This document shows positions 52,291-62,865 of a stretch of 64,000 nt of DNA, in pieces. The notes below the pieces were generated by a model. It made no database searches, was not told the DNA's origin, and saw only the letters and a program-made list of their open reading frames with translations. Each line of letters starts with the position of its first letter. Within the stretch, counting starts at the first letter, position 1. Origin of the DNA: Sphyrna mokarran (lineage: Eukaryota); NCBI GenBank assembly GCA_024679065.1, contig JAGIQG010000014.1, positions 47,368,001 to 47,432,000 on the forward strand, read 5' to 3'. Position numbers and translations under genes: made by a program.

Positions 52291-52519
52291 AATTGTTGCC
52301 TCTGCCATTTTGCCACACCTAATCAATTCCATTATTTCATTCACCTCCCTGTGACATCCAGTGCTATTCCATGCTTTCCACGCCATCCACATCCAACTTT
52401 TGGAATCCTGAATTTTCCCATCAATCCCATTCCATTCCTCTCAACAATCTCTTCAGCCAGACAACTTTGTGATCTCGTTGCCTTCTATGCTCCACTAATC
52501 CCCACTGTGTCTCCCTCCC

Positions 52520-52547
52520 CACACACACACAGACACACACACAGACA
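52520..52547 (+). repeat. Interrupted (CA)n microsatellite
   Basis: cacacacacacagacacacacacagaca. Confidence 0.8.
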
Positions 52548-52697
52548 TGCAAATCCTCTCAATCCATCTACAAATCACTGGCAACTGCAGACACCACCAG
52601 ATCCAACTGTTAAATCGATCAATCAAAACAGTCCAGACAGACAAAATCTAAACATTATTATTAGAATGGAATAAATGCAGGTAAACTTTGATTATCT

Positions 52698-52982
52698 GCA
52701 GCACAGCGGTTAGCACTGTTGCCTCAGCGTCAGGAATCTGGGTTTGATTCCCGGCTTAGGTCACTGCCTCTGCAGCATCTGCACATTCTCCCTGTGCCTC
52801 TGTGGGTTTCCTCTGGGTACTCCACTTTCCTCCCAGAGTTCAAATATGTGTAGGTTAGGTGCATTGGCCATGGTAAAATTTCACTTGGTGCCTGAGTGTG
52901 GCAATGAGGGGACTTTCACAGTAATGTCATTGCAATGTTAATGTGCACCTATTTGTGAAATTAATAAATAAACTTTAAACTA
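52698..52982 (+). mobile_element. V-SINE lineage B
   Basis: gcagcacagcggttagcactgttgcctca head; tail atttgtgaaattaataaataaacttt. Confidence 0.85.
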
Positions 52983-53639
52983 AGTGTTTCTACTCTTTCC
53001 AGTTAGGATTAAAAAAAAAAGCTGAGAAAAAAGAATACATTTTGTAAGGTGAGATGGTGCACTTTCATGAAAAGGCTTCTAGTCCTTAGGTACACTGTCA
53101 ATAGCAAATAAAAGAAAAATTGGCATTGACCTAGAAGAAGTCTGAAAGCCTCAGGAGTATAAACAGTGAAAGGACATAGAAATGTCAGAACTATTCACAG
53201 TGGGCTTGAATATAGACTTGCATTGAAGGTTGGTCTTAAGTTAAAAGACTATTAAATGGCAACTATTACTATTGCAAAACAAAAACTCTGCACTGTGGGA
53301 TTTAAGATAATTTGAGAAAAGGGCTAAGACATTTTCAAGAATCTCTGATCAGTTAAAACATAAGAATGTGTACAGTCTCAAACAATAAGGAAGATGGAAA
53401 AGTTTTTAATATGGGAAAGATGGTTCAATTAAGGTAAACTTATAAATTGGAAGAGAAAAATTGAGGCTGTAGAGCAGAGTAGCAAATTGGATAAAATCAA
53501 GCAGATTGTGTCAAGACAAGAGAACGTTTAATAACAGAAATAGAAAATTATTTATGATGGCCTCATCCCAGAAAAATTACAAAAAGTTAAAAATAAAGTG
53601 CTATGTCAGAATGCATAAAATATTTGCAACAAGTTGGCC

Positions 53640-53960
53640 AACTAGTGGCCCAAACAGGGAGGCCCAGATTGATGCTTTGGGAAGACAAGTTCAAATCCAT
53701 CGTGACAGCTGGGAAACTTCAAATTAAGTTAAATTAACAAATCTAATATGTGAAACTAGTCTCAGCAATGGTGACCATGACAATTATCATCAGTTGTTTT
53801 AAAAACTCATCTGGTTCACTAATGTCCTTCAGAGAGGGAAATCAGCTGCCCTTACTTTGGTCTTATCTACATCTGATTCCAGATCCACTTCAATGTTGTT
53901 AACTCTTAACTGCTCCCTAAGTGGCCTAGCAAACCATTCAGTTAAAGGGTAATTAGGAAT
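53640..53960 (+). mobile_element. Lineage C SINE
   Basis: catctggttcactaatgtccttcagagagggaaatc core; tail interrupted. Confidence 0.75.
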
Positions 53961-54599
53961 AGAGAAAATATACTGACCCTGTTGCATTCAAGATTGAAAG
54001 AATTGCTAGAATTTTAAGCACCCTATGAGTGAGAAGACAGGTGGGGGCAGGATTTGGGTGAGATGGTAGTGTCATGCCATTGTCTACCAACACCAGGGTA
54101 AATGTCAAACCTTTGGGCCAATGGAGGCCCTTTAATCCCTTTCTTCCACCAATTCCACCAAACGCTGTTTCCAAGGAAGTCCCTTCCTGCTAATGGAAAG
54201 GAATCTGGTGAATGCACCACTTGAATTCTTTGCCCCCTCTCCACCCACCTCAACCCCTGCAACACATGTTCCCTACCCCGCCCCCGCCCCCATCACTGTT
54301 TCACCACCCCTGCACCTCACCACAGACTGTCTGACAGGCCCTAGTGAGACCACCTAATTATTTTTCAGTCTGGCCTCTTTCATGGACTGACGGCAGTACC
54401 AGCAATGGCCACTGTTCCTGGTGGTGCCGCAGGGACTGGAAAGCTACCGATTCTCTGGCTGGCAGCCCCTGGCTTTGGGGCATTCTCCCACGTTGTGACA
54501 GAAGCTACAATCTCAGGCAGCTAACTGCCTGTCAACTGTAAAATCCAGTCCTGGCTTCCTGTGCAGACAGAGGCAAGCTCACCATCTTCAGCTGCTTCA

Positions 54600-55465
54600 T
54601 CAACGATAAAGTCAGAAGTGGGAATGTTCGCAATATGATTGCACTATGTTCGGTATCATTCGCAACTCCTCAGATACGGAAGCAGTGCATGTCCAAATGC
54701 ATCAAGACCTGGGCAATATCCAGACTTGGGCTGACAAGTGGCAAGTCATATTCACGCCACACAAGTGCTCAACAATGACCATCACTAAACATCTCCCCTG
54801 ATGTTCAATTGCATTACCATTACTAATTCCTCTACTAACAACATCCTGGGAGTTACCATTGACTAGAAACTGAACTGAACTAGCCATATAAATAATATAG
54901 TCACAAAAGCAGGTCAGAGGTTGGGAATCCTGCACCTCCTTACTTCCCAAAGCCTGTCCACAAAGTATGGCACAATTCAGGAGTGTGATGGAATAGTCTC
55001 CATTTGCCTGGATGAATGCAGCAATTAACACTCAAGAAGTGCAACACCATCCAGGATAAAACAATAGCTTGAATCTCACCCCTTCCACAAACATTTAATC
55101 CACCACCATGGACAAGCAGTGGGACATCTACAAAATGCATTGCAGGAACCTACCAAGATACCTCCGACAGCACCTTCCAAACACAAAAGCACTGCCCTAT
55201 CTAGAAGGACAAGGGCAGCAGAAAAACGGAACGCCACCACCTGGAAGTTCCTCTCCAAATCACTTGCCATCCTGATTTGGAAATATTCCACTGTTCTTCA
55301 CTGTCACTGAGCCAAAATCCTGGAATTCCCTTGCTACCAGCACTGTTGGATATACTTACACGTAAAGGACTGTAGTGATTCCAGAACACAGTCCACCACA
55401 ATCTTCTGAAAGTCAACTAGTGATAAATACTGCTTTAGCCAGCCTACGTCCCATGAATAAATTTT
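54600..55465 (+). mobile_element. CR1-group LINE 3' part, second family (probable partner of lineage C SINEs)
   Basis: HQDLGNIQTWADKWQVIFTPHKC and downstream RT C-terminal motifs; tail gtcaactag...ataaatactgctttagccagc...gtcccatgaataaa resembles the SINE C tail. Confidence 0.8.
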
Positions 55466-55531
55466 TTAAAGTCCTACTTTTTCAGGCAGCGGACAGGGAC
55501 ACCATCTCAGGATAAAATGTAACCTATTGAC

Positions 55532-55862
55532 AAAGAACAGAGAAGAACAAAGAACAAAACAGATCGGGAAACAGGCCCTTCGGCACAACGAGCCCGTGCT
55601 GCCACACCGATGTTCCCACCTCTACCCGTGAACCCTGTCTATGTTTATAGATCTATGGATTAAAAAACAAATTTGAGACAATTTAGGGAGAATTTGTTTT
55701 GCCAGTTAGCCTAAGAGCACATCTTTGGGATGTGGGAAGAAACCGGAGCATCCGGAGGAAACCCATGCAAGCACGGGGAGAACGCGCAAACTCCCACAGA
55801 CACAGGCCCAAATCCATGTATCTGTACAGCACAGCAATAGTCACTGAGCTGTCGTGTTGCCC
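55532..55862 (-). mobile_element. Divergent V-SINE-like module with CR1 tail, contiguous with the LINE at 56065-57787
   Basis: Minus strand: gggcaacacgacagctcagtg head, gggagtttgcgcgttctccccgtg...cccaaagatgtgc V-core and gccgaagggcctgtttccc...(gttcttt)n tail. Confidence 0.75.
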
Positions 55863-56064
55863 ATCAAATGGTCCAGGTCAAGCGTACACTAACGATGTGA
55901 AGCACGAGGATACTCTCAAAATCCAAGAGCAGCCCTCTCACGACCCATCGCGTGTATGCTCCTTGTTAGACAACAAGGTGGACCAAAGCACCTGTAGGAT
56001 AAAAACAAGTACATCAATATCATCATCTATTTACACACTTCCCAGGGACTCCCAAGGCTCATGA

Positions 56065-57787
56065 TCCCTATTTTAAATCAGTTTTCTATACCCCTCTAAT
56101 TCTGTTCATGTGCCCATCTAAGTATTTCTTAAATAACTCCAGAGTGCCTGCCTCCACTACTTTACTTGGCAGCGCATTCCCATTCTGTGTGAAAAAACTC
56201 ACTCTAGCATCCAAATTATACCTTTCCCCCCCTCACCCTAAGCCCATGACCCCTCGTGCTATTTGAGTCCATCCTAGGAAAAACCTTAACCTATTTACTC
56301 TATCTATACCCCTCATAATCTTGTACACCTCTATTAGATCTCCTCTAAGTCTACATCTTTCTAACGAAAACAGCCCCAATTTGCCTAACCTCTCCTTGTA
56401 ACTCAGACCTTCCATACCAGGCAGCATTCTGGCAAACCTCCTCTGCACTCTCTCCAGAGTCTCCACGTCCTTCCAGTAGTAAGGCAACCAGAACTGGATG
56501 CAGTATTCCAAATGAGGTCTAACCAACGTTTTATACAACTGCAACATTAAAGGCCAGCTCTTGTACTCTATACCCCTTCCTATAAAGGCTAGTATACGAT
56601 ATGCCTTCTTCACAACCTTCTCCACTTGCTCTGCCAGCTTCAGAGACTTGTGCACCTGCACCCCCAGGTCCCTCTGCGTTTCTATACTCTTAATAGGTCT
56701 ATCCTTTATCATATACCTCCCCCCTACATTCTTTCTCCCGAAATGCATCACCTCACATTTATCAGGATTGAATTCCATCTGCCATCTGTCTGCCCAAACT
56801 ACCAGCCTATCTATGTCCTGCTGCATCGCCTGACAATGCTCTCGCTATCCGCAAGTCCAGCCATCTTTGTATCGTCTGCAAACTTGCTGATCACTCCACT
56901 TACTCCCTCTTCCACGTTATTTATATATATTACAAATAGAAGACGTCCCAGTACCGAGAACTCTGCGGCACACCACTAGTGACCGACCTCCAGCTAGAAA
57001 AACACCCTTCCACTGTTACTTTCTGTCTCTTATTAACAAGCCAGTTACTTATCCATCTAGCTATCTGATCTTGTATCCCATGAGCCTTGACCTTTTCAAC
57101 TAACCTCCCATGAGGGACTTTGTCAAATGCCTTACTGAAATCCACATAGACGACATCAACGGCTCGCCCTTCATCGACTGTTTTTGTCACCTCCTCAAAA
57201 AATTCTACCAGATTTGTAAGGCACGACCTCCCCTTAACAAAGCCATGCTGCATATCCCTAATCAGATCGCAACGCTCTAAGTGCCTATACATCCTATCTC
57301 TAAGAATCCCCTCCAACATCTTCCCTATCACTGATGTCAAACTCACCAGCCTATAATTTCTAGGGTTATCCCTACTACCCTTTTTCAACAACGGTACTAC
57401 ATTAGCTATTCTCCATCCTCTGGGACCTCACCTGTGTCCAAAGAAGAGACAAAAATTTGCATCAGAGGTCCAGCAATTTCACCTTGCACCTTCCTAAGCA
57501 GCCTGGGATAAATGCCATCAGGCCCCGGAGATTTATCAGTTTTAATGCTACCTAGAAGCTGTAACACTTCTTCCCTCAGTATGGATATTTCCCTCAACTG
57601 GTCCACAGCTCCCTCAGACAAGAGCTGTCAACAAGCCCCTCTCCTTCGTGAATACCGATGCAAAGTATTCATTCAGGATCTTCCCCGTTCCCTCGGGCTC
57701 TAAGCACAGTTCCCCTCCTCTGTCCCTAAGAGGTCCGATTTTTCCTCTAACCATCCTTTTATTTCTAACATAGGAGTAAAAAGCCTT
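56065..57787 (-). mobile_element. Fairly young 5'-truncated CR1 LINE ORF2 (RT and C-terminus, a few frameshifts)
   Basis: KSPGPDGIYPRLL, NYRLVSLTSVIGK, QHGFVKGRSCLTNL, DFSKAFDKVPH, SGVPQ, KFADDTK, RPHLEYC. Confidence 0.95.
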
Positions 57788-57799
57788 CCTTATGGACTT

Positions 57800-59095
57800 G
57801 ATTTGGTAGATATTACTGAAAGATTAGAAAGTAGCAAATATAATCCTATTGCTCAAGTAAAGAAGGATATATAAAATAGCAATCTATAAGTCAGTTAAGC
57901 TGATATCAGTAGTGGGGAGCTGTTAGAGTTAATCTATCAGGATGTAGTACTGTGGTTGTACACAATCACTATTAGGCCAAGTCAGCAAAGTTTTATGAAA
58001 GGGAAATTGTGTTTGAAAATGTATTAGAATTTTTTTTTGAGGATATAATTAGCACAGAAGACAAGGGAGTATTTGTGAATGTAGCATATTTGGATTTTCA
58101 GAAAATATTTGTTAAGGTGCCACACAAAACATTGGGGCTTGTAGGATTGGGGTAAAATACATGGATTGAGGATTAGTAAACAGACAGAAAAGAGAGAGTA
58201 GGAATAAGTCGGTAATTCTCAAGATGGCAGGGTGTAACTGGTGGAGTGCTGTAAGGATCAGTGTTTAGGGCTCAACTATTTACAATTTATATCAACTTAG
58301 ATGAGAGGGCTAGTGTTTTATACACAAGTTTGCTGGCAATACTGATGTGTTTGGGTAAGAAGATTACAGATGGACTTCTGTGTGGGGAAGTGTGAAACTA
58401 TCCACTTTGACAGGAAGAATGTTTTCAAAACATGAGAAAATGAGAATTAGGAAGGCAAATTGTATTACAAGGAAGTTGGAGTTTATGTAGGGAAGTCTTG
58501 CTACAATTATGTACAGCCTTGGTGAGATTGCATCAGGATTACAGTGTACGGATTTGGCTCCCTTATCAAGGGAAGGATATAGTTGCCCTGGATGGGGTGC
58601 AATGAAAATTGACTGAAATTCCTGAGATGAGAGAGCTGCCTGTGAATAAAAGATTGAGTAATGTGGGCTGATACATTAGACTGATTCTAAACTTCACTGA
58701 ATAAGTGTATATTCAGTGAAATTTAGAAGACTGAGAGATGGTTGCATTGAAATGTGAAAACATCTGACAGAACTTGTTGGGCTAAAGCAATTACTTTTCT
58801 CAATTTGTGAGAAGTTGAGAGACTTTTTTTTCTGACTGGAGACCATAATCTCTCCAGTTAAGAAAATGAGGACATTTAGGACTGAGATGAAGAGAAATAT
58901 CTACGCGCAACGAGTGGATTTTCAGTCGATGGGTATTCTCAGGACTAAGATTTATAGATTTTTGGATATTAACGAAATTGAGGGAGAAGGAAAGAAATAG
59001 ACCAGGAAAATGAATTTGATGTAGCTGTTCAGCTTTGATCTTTTGAATGGTGGATAGACTGAAAGGATCATATAGCCTACTCTTGATCTGATTTC
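57800..59095 (+). mobile_element. Old CR1 LINE (RT to 3' tail), heavily deleted
   Basis: tatttggattttcagaaaatatttgttaaggtgccacac (YLDFQK.F.KVPH) and tail tagcctactcttg. Confidence 0.8.
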
Positions 59096-59111
59096 AGTTG
59101 TTCTGATGGAG

Positions 59112-59240
59112 TGAAGAATCATCCAGACTCGAAATATTGGCTCTTTTCTCCCTCCACATATGCTGTCTTGCCTGCTGCGTTTTTCCAGTATTTTCTGCTT
59201 TTGTTTCAGATGCCAGCATCTGCAGCGATTTGCATTTATT
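59112..59240 (+). mobile_element. Penelope-like pLTR fragment, family A, single arm
   Basis: tgaagaatcatccagactcgaaatattggctct...ttttgtttcagatgccagcatctgcagcgatttgc; starts inside the hammerhead core. Confidence 0.75.
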
Positions 59241-59331
59241 GTATGTTTTTATGTTGTACTGGCTATTATACTATGTAAAAAGATAATTGAGTATAAATTT
59301 TAACCTGAGAAAGTTGTGTCTAAAGATTACA

Positions 59332-60000
59332 TGGGTAGAATTTTCTATTCTGGAGACTAAGTGCGTTAGCTGGTGGGAATTCTCAGTCTGATTCCCACTG
59401 GATAGTGGGATAGGTGACCACATACAATCTTCTGCTTTTCGGCTCATTAGTTATGCATTAGCGAGGAGCTTCGTAAATTTTGGAGCGGGTTGGGCAGGAA
59501 GTTGAAGTTCCAGGTGCCATATTTAAAGGGTATGCAGGTAGATATTTACTCATTGCAAGCCAGGAGCTCCATATTATTCCTTCATAGTTCGTACAGCTGC
59601 AGCTCCCACTGGAGAAGTTGACCGATGTGAATAGCCAAATCGCAGGACATACGAGGAAGACTCTAGCATTGTCTGTCAGTCATCTGTAGATGAGAGCACT
59701 GCTGGCAACACATGGTTGGGCCAGTCCTCACCATTGCAGTGGTCTATGTTTGCCAGCCCCATGACCTTATAGATGTGCCGCTGCCTCTTGCTACTCAGAT
59801 CCTTGCTCCCCATGGCTCTGTACAAACTGGAAGCAACAGATTCTCTTTCTCATTGAATTGGAAGCCTTTAATAAGACACGGTTGTCTGCAGCCTTCATCA
59901 TCGACATCACAGTGCTAACTTCCCCTGGACAACTATGCTGGGAACCATCCAATAAAGTGATTTAAATTGCTAACTTTGGATGGTTCTGCCAGTTTTACAC
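59332..60000. mobile_element. Harbinger-like non-autonomous element
   Basis: Starts gggtagaattttctatt; internal ctcattagttatgca and gccatatttaaaggg motifs. Right end uncertain. Confidence 0.4.
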
Positions 60001-61104
60001 TCATTTTTACTCTGAGTAGTAGAGTTAGAAGAGGAACACCCTCCCCCACCCCCAACAACCAGCTCAACTGATCCCAACACCACATCTCTTTCCACCACCC
60101 CTAGCTTTAAGCACAAGGATAAAATAAATCTGCTAATCGGATAGTGTGATGATAAATCACTAATGCTGTGTAATTTTATATTACGGTTTTGAGCTTCTAA
60201 CTAGTTTTGCCATTTAATCAAAATTGGCTGTTCCTTAAGCCCTCAGATAATCCAATATGCTGTAGATGTGACTTGCATAATGAATCAATTCATAATGCCA
60301 GATCCTTGTAGGTACACACATTCATTTAAAATTTCCCTTCAAATTCCTGACATTTAAAAAAAAATTAGAAAGTGCTGAGCAATAATGACTTAAATCCTGC
60401 TTCGTTTTACTTCGCTTCATGCTAATTAATGTCACTTTGGCAATGCTAGAACATTTTTGATGTATGTGAGGTTTGCCAAGGGTTAATGATCCTAATCAGT
60501 CCCTCACCATTATTATCACAACTCCAGCACGAACCTCAGTCTCAGAGGACTGGTGACAGCTTTTACTGCATGTTGTCAGTTTTTTGGGCACAAAGTTGAG
60601 TCCACTTTGAGCTTTCTGATTATTTTGTTTTGTAGACTCCATTATGGGAAGGAATAATAACACACTCTGGCTGTGATTGTTGTCAGTAACAGTGACTCTC
60701 GAGATTATTAGATAAATCCTCAGTACAATGAAGATGACTGTTAATGAGATTTCATTTATTTTGGATTAATTTTTTGCTTGCAAATGCATTATTCATTTCA
60801 GCAAATTTTCTTTTAATGAACTAGGGGGATATTGCCTATTGATTACTATGGGTATGTTATTGCCATTGTGCTGCATAATTTAGATTTTATTAATTTCCTT
60901 CGGGAGCTCCAATGTGACTCTGATACCCTTAGCTTCAAATTGCATCTCGTCTTTTGATCCAAAAAAGAATAAGTGCAAAAAGAAGGACTGATCGTTGGAT
61001 GGGAATTTAGGAAGTTGGAACCAAGCTGGTTTTATAATGCTTTCATCTAAAGAGTTTATTGTTACCTAATACATTCTCTCAAATGTATTTTTCTTTCCCC
61101 ACAG

Positions 61105-61188
61105 GTTAATGAGATTTACCATGATGAGTCTCTAGGGGCCCATGTTAATGTCGTGCTGGTGCGAATAATCATGCTAGGCTATGAAAAG
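61105..61188 (+). CDS. adamts2: Next exon of the ADAMTS2/3/14-subfamily gene (metalloprotease domain)
   Basis: tttttctttccccacag|[28 protein letters not shown]|gtatgg; 84 bp, phase 0 to 0, continuing in frame from LLTLMNI across a 21,250-bp intron (39855-61104). Confidence 0.93.
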
Positions 61189-61258
61189 GTATGGAAAATT
61201 TGTTTTTATCTGAATATGTGTATCAGTTTGCAGTATCATTTTATAGTTCCAGCATATG

Positions 61259-61284
61259 GAGAGAGAGAGAGAGAGAGAGAGAGA
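61259..61284 (+). repeat. (GA)13 microsatellite
   Basis: Perfect GA run 70 bp downstream of the exon donor. Confidence 0.95.
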
Positions 61285-61437
61285 TTAAAATTCCCTTGCC
61301 CTTTTCTGGTTTGGCAGCGTTGGCATCAGTGTCTTTCGTTCCTGAACTTATTGGACTACCTGGGGTCAGGAAAGGATTACCTAGTCTATATGTGCATATA
61401 GGAGTCTTGACTAGTGTGAATATTTCATGGGTGTCAG

Positions 61438-61742
61438 TTGATTTTGATTTGATTTGATATATTTTTGTCACATGTATTAGTATATAGTGAAAAAGTATTG
61501 CATCTTGCACGCTATACAGACAAAGCACATTGAACATAGAGAAGAAAAGGAGAGGGTGTAGAATGTAGTACTACAGTCATAGCTAGGTTGTAGAGAAAGA
61601 TCAACTTAATATAAGGTAGATCAATTCAAAAGTTTGACGGCAGCAGGGAAGAAGCTGTTTTTGAGTCGGTTGGTACGTGACTTCAGACTTTGGTCTCTTT
61701 TTCCTGACGGAACAAGGTGGAAGAGAGTGTGTCCAGGATGCA
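61438..61742 (-). mobile_element. Rex1/Babar-type LINE 3' fragment
   Basis: Minus strand HPGHTLFHLVPSGK...KSRTNRLKNSFFPAAVKLLN and (aatca)n tail. Confidence 0.8.
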
Positions 61743-62599
61743 TAAAACTGCCTTGGAAAATCATCCTTTGACCAGCTTTTAGTTGTTGCCCAATCATCCC
61801 CTATACAAAGGGGCTGTTATCACAAATACTTTCTGTATTCTTATTGGGAGCCCTGGTCAACAGGCCTGTTAGACTGCTGAACTGAACCATATGGCAGAAA
61901 CGTCTCTGATCTTCACATAGCTGAGTAATGCAGCCAAGCCTAAGAAAATTCTGGACATTATAAATCCTTCTTTGCACCATTTCACTCAGTACTGCGGGTT
62001 GTATGTGAGATGAAGACGGTTTCATCTGTTCCAGACCTAAATTGAGATTTGATAAAGTTCTGACATTTCCAGCTCCTGTCAGAATTTGAATGTGCATAGG
62101 CCGTTGCACTCACCTATTATATGCCATTCAGAATACTGATCAAAAATTCATCTCTTTCTCTGAGGTCCATTGCTTTTTAATTAAAATCATTAAATAAATG
62201 GAAAAAATAATTATCTCATCAGAGTACACTTTCCAACTCCATCACATGCAACAACACCGGAAGTGGTGAAATGAGATCGATATTGTGCCAACCTTAAATA
62301 AGGCCATCTAATTCGTACAATCTAGCCCAGTTTAATGTGTACATATTCAAGAGAAGGCATCTGTTTTTGTAAAGTACTTGGATTCTCCTTTTAACACGTG
62401 TACTTGAAAATGCTGAGGAGCACTTGCCAAATCTTGGAATGTAGAAATTGGCGAAATCTCTGCTGAGAATTATTGGCTGGATGATTAAAGCTGTGTGCAG
62501 CTTCGTGAAGTCAGATCACTTGAGTAATTAATCTGAGCTCCCAATGCAGCTTTGACTTTGCACCAGCAGCTTACTAGTTTGCAACCCAAGCTCAAAGAG

Positions 62600-62865
62600 A
62601 TGTTACGGGTTATGGTAGCAAAGTAACTGAGTTTCTGGCCTTGTAATTCATCAGGCTTGGATTATTATTCAAGAGGCATGAATTCACATCCCATCATGGC
62701 ACTGAAAATTTTAAGTTCAATTAATTAAAAAGCTGGTATCTGTAATCAATAATTATATAACTACTGGATTCTCATTAATTATCCTCTCATCTGCTGACCC
62801 ATATGTGACACAAGACCTGCAGCAATGTGTTTTTCTCTTAATTGCTCTTTGAAAGCCCTGTCCCT
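62600..62865 (+). mobile_element. Old lineage C SINE
   Basis: Diverged but colinear with 32225-32530 and 53640-53960. Confidence 0.6.

Noticed and set aside
52361-52372. 12-mer tgctattccatg shared with the reverse complement of the 451-bp duplicated insert
   Set aside because: The similarity does not visibly extend; too short to claim the insert is Helitron-derived.
56065-59095. Head-to-head CR1 pair as one twin-primed insertion
   Set aside because: The two parts cover overlapping ORF2 regions and differ greatly in decay, so they are separate insertions.
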